Shown: positions 31,845-42,366 of the stretch, one piece after another
Layout: every line of letters begins with the position of its first letter
Position numbering within the stretch: position 1 is the stretch's first letter
NCBI GenBank assembly: GCA_041484665.1
Contig: JBGPIA010000006.1
Coordinates: forward strand, 32,001 to 96,000
Direction of reading: 5' to 3'
From: Candidatus Krumholzibacteriia bacterium
GTDB lineage: Bacteria > Krumholzibacteriota > Krumholzibacteriia > JAJRXK01
DNA: 64,000 nucleotides
Notes under the pieces: model-generated
Told to the model about the DNA's origin: nothing
Seen by the model: only the letters and a program-made list of their open reading frames with translations
Database searches by the model: none
Program-made: the position numbers and the translations under genes

Positions 31845-31980
31845 GGCGTCCAAGACCAGCGAGCCCTCCAGTGGGGAGGGCCCGAGCCCGGCAACCCGCG
31901 CGCCGCCTGTAGCGTAGACTGCGGCGGCCCACCACGCCCCGCACGTCCCCTGGCGCGGGCGCGGGAAAAGGAGAGCCCGC

Positions 31981-34584
31981 ATGGGCACCAGGCGCCCGAC
32001 GACGATCTTGACCTCCGCCCTGCTCTGCGCCGTGCTCTGCGCCCTGCTTGCCGTCTCCCTCTTCGGCTCGGTGGCCTCCGGCTTCGCCGGATTCGATCCG
32101 TCCGGCGAGGGCTCGGGCTATCCCAGGGAATCCAACGGGCGTGTGACCTCACCGCCCACGATCCGCGCCCACGCTCTGCGCGGGGCCACCATCAAAGTGG
32201 ACGGGCACCTGGACGACGAGGGATGGCGGGAGGCGGACGCCGGCAACGGGTTCCTGCAGGCCGACCCCAACCGCGGCGTGCCGCCGACCGAGGAGACGGT
32301 CTTCAAGGTGGCCTACGACGACGACGCGATCTACTTCGGCGTCGCCTGCTACGAGCACGACCCCAGCAAGACCTCCAAGACCCTGTCGCGCCGCGATCAG
32401 ATCCCCGACTCCGATCTGGTGAGCGTCTACATCGACCCGTACCACGATCGCACGACAGGCTACAACTTCCGCGTCAATCCACTCGGCGTGAAGATGGACC
32501 AGTACGTCTACAACGACGGGGACATGGACACCGACTGGGATGCAGTGTGGGAGGCCCGTACCTCCTCCGACGCGGGTGGCTGGTACGTCGAGATGCGGAT
32601 CCCGTTCTCGTCGATCCGATTCCGGGCGGCCCCCTCAATGACATGGGGTCTGGAGGTCTACCGGTGGATGCACGGCCGCGGCGAGGACACCGCGTGGGTG
32701 ATCTGGGACCGCGAGCGGCGCGGTTTCGTGAGCCGCTTCGGCGAGTTGACGGGCCTGGAGGGGATTCCCGCACCGCGCCAGCTCGAGATCGTGCCCTACG
32801 TGGTCGCGCGCGCGACGGATCCGTCCGCCAGCGGCAGCGCGGACCGGCTGCAGGACGCCGAGAACTTCGGGGCCGACCTCAAGTACGGCGTCACCTCCGA
32901 CCTCACGCTCAACGCCACGTTCCAGCCCGACTTCGGACAGGTGGAGGCCGATCCGGCGGTGCTCAACCTGTCCCCGTTCGAGACCCAATTCGATGAGAAG
33001 CGGCCCTTCTTCATCGAGGGCAGTCGCTTCTTCCAGCACCCCAACTTCAACCTGTTCTACTCGCGCCGGGTCGGCACCGGCGATCCGAACGCGCGCATCC
33101 GCGCCGCAGGCAAGCTCACCGGCAAGACTAAGAGTGGTTTGTCCATCGCGGCGCTCGCGGCCGCGACCGACATCACGGGACAGGGGCAGGCCCACAATTT
33201 CCTCAAGGAGGGCCGGCTGGCGACACAGTATTACGTAGCGCGCGTCGGCCAGGAGTTTGGCGGAGGGCTGCACCGGATCAACCTGATGCAGACGGCGGTG
33301 CTCCGGCACTCCGACCGCGAGCTGGTGGGCGATGAGCTGTCGCGCAACGCGTACACCAGCGGCGTGGATTTCGAGCTGAACTTCCACGATCGCGACTATC
33401 AGGTCCAGGGCGCGGTGGTCGGTACGGTGCTGGATCCGGCGCGCTTGAACAGCCAGCCGTTGGCGCGCCACGACAAAATCTACGGGACGGGCGGCGCTCT
33501 GAACGTGCTCAAAAACGCCGGCAACCTCCGAGCGGGGCTCAACGGACGCTGGGAGGGCGCCCAGCTCGATCCCAACGACGCGGGCCTGCTGTTCGCGCCC
33601 GATGAGATCACTACCAACGACTTCGTGCACTTCCTGTACAACGGCGACGGCAAGGACGGCCCCTTCCTGCGCGGGGAAGCCAACGTCAATCTGTACCGCA
33701 GCTGGTTCTACGGATCGCGCAGCGCTCCCGACCCCGCCGACGCGAGCCGTCCGCTGTGGTCGTACCGGCGCGGTCACCTGCAAGGCGCCGGATTCAACGT
33801 CAACAGCTGGTGGCAGCGGCGCAACTACTGGGAGAACTGGTTCGGGGTCTGGATGGACTTCGAGTCCACCTCCCGCTACGAGACACGTGGCGGCCCCCTG
33901 TTCACGGTGCCGCGGCGCTATGGGTTCTGGGTGGGGACCCAGACCGACTGGCGCAAGCGACTATCGTTCAACACGGAGCTGAACTGGAACTGGAGTGTCC
34001 AGGGCCTGCGCGAGGGCAGCTACAACGTGCGCTGCCGCTGGACCCAGACCCATGCCCTCAGCCACGAGCTGCGCCTGGGCTTCAGTCACACCCATTCCGA
34101 CGCGCAGTGGGTGGCCAACTTCGAGAACTCCGCACTCGGGATCGGGGGCACGAGCTACGTGTTCGCAGAACTGGACTCGAAGGTGCTGGATCTGAGGCTG
34201 CGCACGAACCTGCTGTTCACACGCGACCAGTCGCTGGAGGTCTACCTCCAGCCGTTCCTGGCGGTGGGGAGCTATGGCGACGCGCGCGAGCTGGCCACGC
34301 CCGACTCCTACGACCTGCGCCCCTACCGCGCCGCTGGCTTCGAGGTCGCAAACTACGACTTCACCCAGGTCTCGGTGAATAGCAACGTGGTCTACAGGTG
34401 GGAGTACCGGCCGGGGAGCGCGCTGTTCCTGGTCTGGACCCACAGCCGCGGCACCAGTCAGGCGCGCAGCGACTTCGCGGCCCACCCCCAGGACTTCCAC
34501 AACGACCTGCAGCCCGGCGAGCTGTTCGCCAACGAGCCCGCGAACACCTTCCTGGCCAAGATCACCTGGTGGCTGCCGATCTAG
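31981..34584 (+). CDS. CBM9-like + DUF5916 outer-membrane protein
   Basis: IKVDGHLDDEGW, YDDDAIYFG, GWYVEMRIPFSSIRF, ATFQPDFGQVEAD, EKRPFFIEG, YRWEYRPGS. Confidence 0.85.
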   Translation: MGTRRPTTILTSALLCAVLCALLAVSLFGSVASGFAGFDPSGEGSGYPRESNGRVTSPPTIRAHALRGATIKVDGHLDDEGWREADAGNGFLQADPNRGVPPTEETVFKVAYDDDAIYFGVACYEHDPSKTSKTLSRRDQIPDSDLVSVYIDPYHDRTTGYNFRVNPLGVKMDQYVYNDGDMDTDWDAVWEARTSSDAGGWYVEMRIPFSSIRFRAAPSMTWGLEVYRWMHGRGEDTAWVIWDRERRGFVSRFGELTGLEGIPAPRQLEIVPYVVARATDPSASGSADRLQDAENFGADLKYGVTSDLTLNATFQPDFGQVEADPAVLNLSPFETQFDEKRPFFIEGSRFFQHPNFNLFYSRRVGTGDPNARIRAAGKLTGKTKSGLSIAALAAATDITGQGQAHNFLKEGRLATQYYVARVGQEFGGGLHRINLMQTAVLRHSDRELVGDELSRNAYTSGVDFELNFHDRDYQVQGAVVGTVLDPARLNSQPLARHDKIYGTGGALNVLKNAGNLRAGLNGRWEGAQLDPNDAGLLFAPDEITTNDFVHFLYNGDGKDGPFLRGEANVNLYRSWFYGSRSAPDPADASRPLWSYRRGHLQGAGFNVNSWWQRRNYWENWFGVWMDFESTSRYETRGGPLFTVPRRYGFWVGTQTDWRKRLSFNTELNWNWSVQGLREGSYNVRCRWTQTHALSHELRLGFSHTHSDAQWVANFENSALGIGGTSYVFAELDSKVLDLRLRTNLLFTRDQSLEVYLQPFLAVGSYGDARELATPDSYDLRPYRAAGFEVANYDFTQVSVNSNVVYRWEYRPGSALFLVWTHSRGTSQARSDFAAHPQDFHNDLQPGELFANEPANTFLAKITWWLPI

Positions 34585-34748
34585 CCGATCGGCAACTGCT
34601 TCCCCGCTCTGCATTCCCCCGCCCGACTCTCCGGCCACCGCCCGCGAATTCGGCGGACGCGCGGGAACCTTTCCGTCCCCCGCGCGACGAACCCGTCATA
34701 CGAGCACCTTGCTCCACGACGTGCGACGGCTCGAACGAGGGGGATGCC

Positions 34749-35678
34749 ATGAGACGACGGAGAATCACCTGCCCAGCGCTCCCGGCGCTGGGAATGACGC
34801 TCGCGCTGGGGATGGTCACCTTGCTGTGGACGGCCACAGCGTTCGCCCAGGTCGAGGGCAGCCTGTCGGTCTACGGCGCCGCGAATGGCCGTGGCTATCT
34901 GCAGCCACTCAAGGAGGCCCTGGGCTCCGGGCTGGCCGCAGGGCTCTACAATACGGCCCGGGTCGAGAGCGGCCACTTCCGGGTGCGCCTGGAGGCGAAC
35001 GCCATGCTGATGTCCTTCGGCAGCAGCGACCGCACCTTCAATGCCCATACCGAGAGCTACTTCCCGTCGGACCAGACGGCGCAGGCACCGACGGTGGTCG
35101 GATCGACCCAGTCGACCAGCGTCACCGATCCGGGCACCGGCGCGGTGTTCACGTTCCCCGGCGGCCTCGACCTCAGTCGGCTCGCTCTGGCGGCCCCGCA
35201 GGTGGTGATCGGGGGCGTGAAGGGCACCGAGCTCATGGTGCGGTACCTGACCGTGCAGCTCGGCAAGAACAGCGATATCGGCGACCTGTCGCTGTTCGGC
35301 ATCGGGGCGCGCCATAGCTTGTCGCAGTACATGCACAGCCCGAAGATCGATGTGGCGGCTCTGGTCTTCTACCAATCGCTCAATCTGGGCACGGATTTCA
35401 TCGACAGCTCGCTGCTCTCGTTCGGGGTGCAGGCTGGGCGGCGCTTCCGCGTGCTGGAGCCCTACGTCGGCGTAGCGCTGAACTCCCAGAGTTTCGAGAT
35501 GCGCTACGACGCCCAGCAGGGCGGGTCGAGCACGCGCCAGGACATCAAGTACGACACCGATACGAGTCTCGGCGCGACCGTGGGAGCCGCGCTGCACCTG
35601 AAGGTCGTGCACCTCAACGGCCAGTTCGAGTTCGCCCACCAGACCACCTTTGCATTCGGCCTGAGCCTCGGGATGTAG
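34749..35678 (+). CDS. Outer-membrane beta-barrel protein (DUF6588-like)
   Basis: Signal peptide AFA; GYLQPL..GLYNTA, APTVVG, PQVVIG..GTELMVRY, LFGIGARHS, terminal amphipathic strand. Confidence 0.7.
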   Translation: MRRRRITCPALPALGMTLALGMVTLLWTATAFAQVEGSLSVYGAANGRGYLQPLKEALGSGLAAGLYNTARVESGHFRVRLEANAMLMSFGSSDRTFNAHTESYFPSDQTAQAPTVVGSTQSTSVTDPGTGAVFTFPGGLDLSRLALAAPQVVIGGVKGTELMVRYLTVQLGKNSDIGDLSLFGIGARHSLSQYMHSPKIDVAALVFYQSLNLGTDFIDSSLLSFGVQAGRRFRVLEPYVGVALNSQSFEMRYDAQQGGSSTRQDIKYDTDTSLGATVGAALHLKVVHLNGQFEFAHQTTFAFGLSLGM

Positions 35679-35690
35679 GAGGAGATCATC

Positions 35691-36308
35691 ATGCGCAGGA
35701 AGAGCTTCTCGATCTTGCTGGTCCTTTGCGCCAGCATCGTGCTCAAGGGAGATGGGTGCCTGGTGAAGCAGAAGGACGTCAGCATGGTGCTGGCGGGCAA
35801 GATCCCGGCACAGTGGGACAGCCAGGGGTACACGCAGGCGACCTTCGTCAAGACTGATGTCGTCTCGGCGGGCACGGACGTCCTGAACGCCCTGAACGCT
35901 GACAATCTGGCCGGCGTGTACAAGAGCATCAAGGTCGTGGGTGCGGTCTACGAGGTGCTCAAGAGCACCGGGCACGACGCGCGCCGCGCCGGAACGGTGA
36001 CCGTCAACGGCAATCTGCTGCTGACCTTCGACGTGCCCCACAACACGCAGGGGATCAAGGGGAACGCCGGGGATCCTACGCTGACCCTCGGAACTCCCGG
36101 GCTCAACTTCATCAACGGGCGATTGCAGCAGTTCCTGGACAGCTACAACGTGGGGGCGCCCAATACGGCGCTGCTGGACTTCACGTATACGGCGAACTGG
36201 ACGTCCACGCCGGCGCCGAGCGCCTCCGACCCGGATGCCTTCACCTGGACGACCGACCTGGTGATCCAGGTGGAGAAGACGGCCAAGGTCGACGTCCCCA
36301 ACATCTGA
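35691..36308 (+). CDS. Hypothetical lipoprotein
   Basis: AGGAGGAG RBS; MRRK followed by a hydrophobic stretch and KGDGC; 12 bp after the previous gene. Confidence 0.7.
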   Translation: MRRKSFSILLVLCASIVLKGDGCLVKQKDVSMVLAGKIPAQWDSQGYTQATFVKTDVVSAGTDVLNALNADNLAGVYKSIKVVGAVYEVLKSTGHDARRAGTVTVNGNLLLTFDVPHNTQGIKGNAGDPTLTLGTPGLNFINGRLQQFLDSYNVGAPNTALLDFTYTANWTSTPAPSASDPDAFTWTTDLVIQVEKTAKVDVPNI

Positions 36309-36490
36309 GCGCGGGCCCGCGCCGGTGGGTCAGCGCGAGACTCCGGCGCGAGTCCATCGGCGCGGGCAGCCACTCCGGGAAGCGAGCGGTTGTGAGGGCC
36401 CCCCGGCGCGCGCGGCATCCCCGATCCGAGCCGAACCAGCGCGTGCCCGGGGGGCCAGATCCTGCAGCTGCACAGGGCCCGGTCGAGCCG

Positions 36491-37363
36491 CTACTGCTTC
36501 GGGGGACCGGGAGCAGCGGCTGGCTGCAGCAGGGCCCGGACCTCAGGCGGCGGGTCGAAGCAGCCGGCGGGCAGGTCCAGATTGTGCTGGATGCTCTGCA
36601 GCACGATGCGGATCTTCTGGACGAGGAGCGTCTGCGTGTTGGCGTGCGGCAGGAGCAGGCCGTCGACCGGACGATAGTCCTCGTAGGCCGTCTCCACGGG
36701 CACATCCCCCATCATCGTCTCGACGATCGTCGACGACTTCACGAGCAGGTGGCTCTGCAGGTCGAACCACCAGGACTCCGGCCTTCCGTCTTGCGGCGTC
36801 AGAACGACCTTGTAGCAGGGCCGCCCGTCGAGGCTGTCGATTCCGGCGGTGACGGCATCCTTGTAGAGCTGGCGCCAGTGCAGCTCGCGGTTGAAGGTGG
36901 CCTCGCGGAGCGCTGCGGCGCGCTCCTCCCCCTCCAGCAGCCGCGCTCCCTGGATCGAGTCCGCCTCCCATGCCAGCCCATCGCCCGTGCCAGCCTCGAT
37001 CTTGCCGATCCCCTCGGCGTCCATCACGAGACGATTGCGGTAGGGTGCCTCGGCGTACTCAGTGACGGTTCCCTTCACGCCGAGCCCGACGAGCTCCATC
37101 GTGCCTGTCGCCACGCGGTTGAAGACATTCTCGTAGGCGGCGCGGCCGCCGGAGGCGGTCACGTACGCGTCGACGATGGTCGCAGGGTCGGGCAGGTCGC
37201 GGGGCGCGGGCCCGGGAACCGGGGCGGGAGCCGGCGTGGGTGTCGACGCGGGCGCCGGCGCGGGGGTCGGCGGTGCGCCAGTGGCCGCCAGCACCGCGTG
37301 CGGGGCGACCGCGGTGGTCCACGCCCACACAGCGAGCACGAGCATCCAGCGGGGCAGGCGCAC
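36491..37363 (-). CDS. Hypothetical secreted protein (LolA-like/DUF620-like)
   Basis: IVDAYVTASGG, GRPCYKVVL, WFDLQSHLLVK, YEDYRPVDGLLLPH; AGGAG RBS before a GTG start. Confidence 0.72.
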   Translation of the reverse strand: MRLPRWMLVLAVWAWTTAVAPHAVLAATGAPPTPAPAPASTPTPAPAPVPGPAPRDLPDPATIVDAYVTASGGRAAYENVFNRVATGTMELVGLGVKGTVTEYAEAPYRNRLVMDAEGIGKIEAGTGDGLAWEADSIQGARLLEGEERAAALREATFNRELHWRQLYKDAVTAGIDSLDGRPCYKVVLTPQDGRPESWWFDLQSHLLVKSSTIVETMMGDVPVETAYEDYRPVDGLLLPHANTQTLLVQKIRIVLQSIQHNLDLPAGCFDPPPEVRALLQPAAAPGPPKQ

Positions 37364-37450
37364 GGGCGAGCTCCTTCGTTGCGACCCGGTGGCGCACAGT
37401 CTACGTCAGCCCCGGGCGGCAGCAACACGGCGGTGGGTGCAACGCGATCG

Positions 37451-39013
37451 TCAGTGCGCGCCACCTGCCCGGGGAGCCGGCGAGCCCGCCTCGGGAGAGC
37501 TCTGCTCGATCCACCGCTCGGCCGCCCTCAGGATCGGATCGCCCTCCTGCAGCAGGCGCTCCGCGCTGAGCTCCACCGGCTCGTCGGGGATCACACCCCG
37601 TCCCTCCAGCGTGGTGCCTCTCGCGGTGACATAGCTGGCGAACGCGTACTGCAGCCCATCGCCGTTGGGCAGCTCGACCAGATACGACGGCAGTGCCATA
37701 CCCGCCGTGCGCTGCCCGAAGACCCGCGCGCGGCCGAGGTCCTGCAGACCCGCCGCGAGGATCTCGGCCGTGGAGGCCGACAGTCCGTCCACCAGCACCG
37801 CAAGCGGTCCCGTGTAGACAGGAGAACGTGGAAGGACCACGAAGCGGAGCTTGGTCTCGCGCGTGATCATCGTGCCCAGATAGCGGTCCTTCTCGCCGAT
37901 GAACCAACCCGCGATGCCCATGGCCATCGCACCGATGCCGCCGGGGTTGCCGCGCAGATCCAGGATGACACCATCGGTTGGCGCGAACGACCGGACTGCG
38001 TTGCCGAATTGCTCCATGACGCGCGCCGGGTCGAGGAACGCATTGAATGCGATGTAACCGATCGTGCCCGGACGGCCGCCGGGCGTCGGCAGACGCCGCG
38101 TGTCCACCCACACCCAGGTGGGTGGCAAGTTGCCGAAGACAACGAGCGCTCCGCGTGGCGGGCCCAACGAAAGCTCCTGGACCAGCTCCTTGCCCTCACC
38201 GTTGCGCAGCGTGACCGGGACCGTCCCGCCTTCCGGCCCCTGCAGACGCGTCTGCAGCGCGCGGACGAGCAGGAACTCCGTGGCGGGATCGGCACCCGGC
38301 GCGGTACGCACCCGCTCGATGAACGCGGCAACGTCCTTTCCGCGCAGGGTCACGACCTCCCAGCCAGGGCGCACACCGAGCCGCTCGGCTCCCGAGCCGG
38401 CTACCACCGCCGTGACGAGGGCGCGTCCCTGGACCACGCGCAGCTCCAGTCCGGGCGTCCCGTCACCGGTCGGTGGGGCGTGCAGGTCGGGCTCGACCCC
38501 GGGCACCTGCAGGTCTGCCACTGCGTCCGCCGGCAGGATCGCGAAGTGCGACTGCTTCAATCGCCCGATCAAGTCGCCCAGCAGCGCGCGCGCCTGCGCC
38601 ATGGTCGACGCCTGCTCGATGCGCGGCCGGAGCTCGGTGCGCGCCGCCTCCCAATCCAGGCCGCCCAAGGTCGGATCCCAGTGCGAGTCGCGGATCGTCG
38701 TCCAGACCCGATCGAACGAGGCGACGTTGGCGGCGCGTTGTTCCACAGAGAGCGCCGGCGCCGCACCAGCGTTGGCAGGCGTTGCGGCCGCCGACGGGGC
38801 CGCACCAGCTCTGGCAGGCGTTGCGGGCGCTGCCGGGGCGGGTCCAGAGTTGGCAGACGTTGCGGCCGCCGGCGGCAGTGCCATCGCCCCGCTGCGCTGC
38901 GCGCAAGCGCAGCCTGCGCCGATGGCCGCGACCATCAGCAGGGTGCAGGCTGCACGCCCGGCGCTCGGTGCGCGCGCCGCATCGAACGCGCGCGGCGCGC
39001 CCGAGCGGCTCAC
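37451..39013 (-). CDS. S41 family peptidase with PDZ domain
   Basis: GYIAFNAF, ILDLRGNPGG, VLVDGLSASTAE, EGRGVIPD; GTGA overlap with the regulator stop. Confidence 0.88.
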   Translation of the reverse strand: MSRSGAPRAFDAARAPSAGRAACTLLMVAAIGAGCACAQRSGAMALPPAAATSANSGPAPAAPATPARAGAAPSAAATPANAGAAPALSVEQRAANVASFDRVWTTIRDSHWDPTLGGLDWEAARTELRPRIEQASTMAQARALLGDLIGRLKQSHFAILPADAVADLQVPGVEPDLHAPPTGDGTPGLELRVVQGRALVTAVVAGSGAERLGVRPGWEVVTLRGKDVAAFIERVRTAPGADPATEFLLVRALQTRLQGPEGGTVPVTLRNGEGKELVQELSLGPPRGALVVFGNLPPTWVWVDTRRLPTPGGRPGTIGYIAFNAFLDPARVMEQFGNAVRSFAPTDGVILDLRGNPGGIGAMAMGIAGWFIGEKDRYLGTMITRETKLRFVVLPRSPVYTGPLAVLVDGLSASTAEILAAGLQDLGRARVFGQRTAGMALPSYLVELPNGDGLQYAFASYVTARGTTLEGRGVIPDEPVELSAERLLQEGDPILRAAERWIEQSSPEAGSPAPRAGGAH

Positions 39014-40539
39014 GGCTGCTCCTGCGGGCCGGCCTCGCGCGCGGCAGCGGGTAGCTCTGCTTCGGGGCCACCCTTGCCGGATTTCAGGCCGTACTTCTCG
39101 AGTCGGTAGAGCAGCGTATTGCGCGTGATGCCCAGGTAGCGCGCGGTGCGCGACTGGTTGCCCCCGCACTTATCCAGCGCCCGGCGGATCAGCTCCTTCT
39201 CCAGCTGCTCGAGGTCCACGCCCTCCTCGGGCAACTCGCCGAGCAGGCCCGGCGCCTGCGGCTGTGGGCGACGGATGCGCTCGGGGAGGTCGGCCAGCTC
39301 GATGGGTCCCTCCGGGTGCAGCACCAGCGCGCGCTCGAGGACGTTCTGCAGCTCGCGCACATTGCCCGGCCAGCGGTAGCGCGCGAGCGCCTCCTGTGCG
39401 GCGTCGGAGACCGTCACGACGCGATGCGGCGCGCGGCCCTTGCCCGCGCGCGCGAAGCCCTCGAGGAAATGCCGGATGAGCAGCGGGAGGTCGTCGCGTC
39501 GATCGCGCAGCGGCGGCAGGTGCAGCGGCACCACCGCGATGCGGTAATAGAGGTCAACGCGGAACTCACCATCGGCCACCATCGCCTCCAGATCGCGGTT
39601 GGTGGCAGCGATCACCCGCACGTCGACCCCGACTGCCGACGTGCCGCCCACGCGCTCGATCTCCCCCTCCTGCAACGCGCGCAGCAGCTTGACCTGCAGA
39701 TCCAAGCGCAGCTCGCCGATCTCGTCGAGGAAGAGCGTTCCGCCGTGGGCCAGCTCGAAGCGGCCCTTGCGGTCGCCCACGGCTCCGGTGAACGCGCCTT
39801 TCACGTGGCCGAAGAGCTCGCTGTCGATCAGACCCTCGGGCAGCCCGCCGACGTTCACGGCGACGAACGGCCCATCCGCGCGGGAGCTGGCCAGGTGGAT
39901 CCCGCGCGCGAGTAGCTCCTTGCCCGTGCCGCTCTCTCCGAGGATCAGCACCGTGGTCTGGCGCGGCGCGACCTGCGCGGCGGTCTCGATCACGCTGCGC
40001 AACGCCTCGCTGGCGCCGATCAGCGTCTCGAAACGCGCGGTCGCGGCGGCCACCTCGCGCAGGCGCTCGTTCTCGCGCAGCAGGCGGCTGTAGCGCAGCC
40101 CCTTCTGCACGGTGAGCAGGAGCGCCTGGTGGTCGAACGGCTTGACCAGGTAATCGTGGGCGCCCAGCCGCATCGCCTCCACGGCGTCCTCGACGCTGCC
40201 GTGGGCTGTGATCACGACCACTCCCAGCTGCGGCCAGCGCGCCTTGACGCGCTGCAGGAGCTGCAGGCCGCTCATGCCGGGCATCCGGACATCGGTCACG
40301 ATCAGATCGGGAGGGCCGCCGGCCGAGACGGGCCCCGGAACGGGACCGATCGTGGGCGGTCGGTCGACGTCGGGGCGGGCCGCAGGGGGGAGGTCGCCCG
40401 CCTCCAGCAGCGCCAGCGCCTCATCGCCCGTTGCCGCGGCGCGCACGGCGTAGCCCGCCTTCTCCAGGTGGTAGCTCGTCACCCGGCGCAGGCTCTCGTC
40501 GTCGTCGACGATGAGGATCTCAGCTGGGCGCTCGGCCAT
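39010..40539 (-). CDS. NtrC-family sigma54-dependent response regulator
   Basis: REC ([20 protein letters not shown]), [40 protein letters not shown], Fis HTH. Confidence 0.95.
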   Translation of the reverse strand: MAERPAEILIVDDDESLRRVTSYHLEKAGYAVRAAATGDEALALLEAGDLPPAARPDVDRPPTIGPVPGPVSAGGPPDLIVTDVRMPGMSGLQLLQRVKARWPQLGVVVITAHGSVEDAVEAMRLGAHDYLVKPFDHQALLLTVQKGLRYSRLLRENERLREVAAATARFETLIGASEALRSVIETAAQVAPRQTTVLILGESGTGKELLARGIHLASSRADGPFVAVNVGGLPEGLIDSELFGHVKGAFTGAVGDRKGRFELAHGGTLFLDEIGELRLDLQVKLLRALQEGEIERVGGTSAVGVDVRVIAATNRDLEAMVADGEFRVDLYYRIAVVPLHLPPLRDRRDDLPLLIRHFLEGFARAGKGRAPHRVVTVSDAAQEALARYRWPGNVRELQNVLERALVLHPEGPIELADLPERIRRPQPQAPGLLGELPEEGVDLEQLEKELIRRALDKCGGNQSRTARYLGITRNTLLYRLEKYGLKSGKGGPEAELPAAAREAGPQEQP

Positions 40540-41803
40540 GGGCCGCCCCTCCGTCCGCCGCCGTGCCTGCCGTAGGGCTGGTGGTCGCACTGGCAGCGGG
40601 ATCGGCCGTGGCGTCGGCCGCGGGGTTGGCCGTGGCGTTAGCCGTGGGGTTGGCCGTGGCGTCGGCCGCAGCGTCGGCAGACGCATCCGCCGTGGCGCGT
40701 TGCGGCAGGCGCACGACGAAGCAGGTCCCGCTGTCGTCGTCTTGGTCCTCGACCTCGACGCTGCCGCCGTGCCGGCGCACCCACTGGTACACGACCGCCA
40801 GCCCCAGCCCCGTGCCGCCCGTCTTCGTGGTGAAGAAGGGCTCGAACAAGTGCTCGCGCGCCTCCGGCGACAGCCCCGGTCCGCGGTCGCACACGCGCAG
40901 CACCACCGATGTCTCGTCGTGGGAGGTGGAGAGTGCCAGCTCGCCGCCGTCGCCGCTGGCCTGGATTCCGTTAAGCGCGAGGTTGAGGATCACCTGGGTC
41001 ATACGGTTGGAGTCCATTGAGGCAAGGGGCAGCTGCTCGTCGAGCGCAAGGCGTAGCGCCACGCCGCGGCGCCGCGCCTCCTGCTCCACCAGGCGTGCGA
41101 CGTTGCGCGCCAGATCGTTGAGCGAATCGAGCGCCCAGCGCGGCGGCGAGGGGCGGGCGTACTCGAGGATCTGCGTGGTGAGCTCCTCCAGGCGCTGGAT
41201 CTCGCGGCGCGCGATGACCGCGAATTCGCGGCGTGCATCGTCGGGCGGGACGGCCTCCAGCAGGATGGGGAGGCTGCCCTGCAGGCTCGCCAGCGGATTG
41301 CGGATCTCGTGGGCAAGGGCGGCAGAGAGCTGTCCCATCGCGGCGAGGCGCTCGGCCTCCTTGGTGCGCTCGAAACTCGCTGCGAGCTGCTCGTAGGCGC
41401 GGCGGGTCTCCTCGCGCCGCCGGCGCTGCCCCTCGGCCAGCACGCCGGTGACCACCCCGATCACGTTGAACATCACCATCTCGAGATACTGGTTGGGGCG
41501 CGCGCCGTGCGCGGTGTGCCCCCACTGGAACAGGACGTGGGGCAGGTAGAGCAGCGTCGCGGCCAGCCCTGTGCCGACGGCGCCCCGTAGTCCGAAAGCG
41601 AATGCGCCCATCACGATCGGGACGTAATAGAGGCGATCCCAGATGTCGTGGAACTTGTAGAAACGCAGGTCGAGCGGCGTGAGGTAGTGGAGGAGGCTGA
41701 CGACGAGCAGGCACAGCGTGAGGCCCGCGAGCCAGCGCCCCGTGCTCCGTACGGTCGGGACGGCGGACGAACGCTGGGCGGAGGGAACGGTGGACGGGCC
41801 CAT
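40520..41803 (-). CDS. Membrane sensor histidine kinase
   Basis: About 4 TM N-terminus; LAHEIRNPL, QVILNLALNG, DRGPG, FEPFFTTK, GTGLGL. Confidence 0.93.
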   Translation of the reverse strand: MGPSTVPSAQRSSAVPTVRSTGRWLAGLTLCLLVVSLLHYLTPLDLRFYKFHDIWDRLYYVPIVMGAFAFGLRGAVGTGLAATLLYLPHVLFQWGHTAHGARPNQYLEMVMFNVIGVVTGVLAEGQRRRREETRRAYEQLAASFERTKEAERLAAMGQLSAALAHEIRNPLASLQGSLPILLEAVPPDDARREFAVIARREIQRLEELTTQILEYARPSPPRWALDSLNDLARNVARLVEQEARRRGVALRLALDEQLPLASMDSNRMTQVILNLALNGIQASGDGGELALSTSHDETSVVLRVCDRGPGLSPEAREHLFEPFFTTKTGGTGLGLAVVYQWVRRHGGSVEVEDQDDDSGTCFVVRLPQRATADASADAAADATANPTANATANPAADATADPAASATTSPTAGTAADGGAAHGRAPS

Positions 41804-41892
41804 GCCTGGAGCGTAGGCGCGCCCCCGCCGTCCGGCAAGCCCACGGGACGGGACACCAGCGTGGTGCTATGATCGGCGACGTGTTCCCAGGG

Positions 41893-42366
41893 ATGGCTGG
41901 CGACCCGCGACGTCCCGTGACGGCGCATGCCTTCGGCTGCGGCCGGGGCGCCGCGAGGCGCCCATTTCTCGTGGGCGCCTACGGTCTCGTGCTCGCTGCG
42001 TGCGGGTTTGCTGCGTGCTCGCTCGCTGCGTGTTGGTTTGCTGCCTGCTCGCGCTCCGCGCCCACGCCTCTGCCAGCCGCCCAGCCCCGCCCCGGCCGCG
42101 GCCACTACGAGATGATGAAGTGCGCGCTCTGCCACGGCCCGGCCCTCTCGGGGACCGTGAAGGGTCCCCCGCTGCATGACCTGGCCCGGCATTGGGATGC
42201 TGCGGGGTTGGCGGCGTTTTTAGCGGCGCCCGATTCCTTCGTCGCGCGGGATGCCCGCCTGCAGGACCTGGCACAGCACTTCGCACCGAGCTCCATGCCC
42301 GGCTATCCCATCGCTGCGCAGCCGCTGCACGAGCTGGCTGGCTATCTGATCGAGGCCACCAAGTGA
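41893..42366 (+). CDS. Monoheme cytochrome c lipoprotein
   Basis: CALCH, GPPL, SMPGY (probable axial Met); lipobox-like FAAC. Start uncertain; an extended -10-like TGCTATGAT lies at 41865-41873. Confidence 0.8.
   Translation: MAGDPRRPVTAHAFGCGRGAARRPFLVGAYGLVLAACGFAACSLAACWFAACSRSAPTPLPAAQPRPGRGHYEMMKCALCHGPALSGTVKGPPLHDLARHWDAAGLAAFLAAPDSFVARDARLQDLAQHFAPSSMPGYPIAAQPLHELAGYLIEATK

Noticed and set aside
36392..39109. Long antisense ORFs (e.g. 36392-39109, 21421-23775, 17195-19321, 27975-29876, 57502-59403)
   Set aside because: These are shadow frames of real genes in high-GC DNA, Arg/Gly/Ala-rich with no domain motifs.
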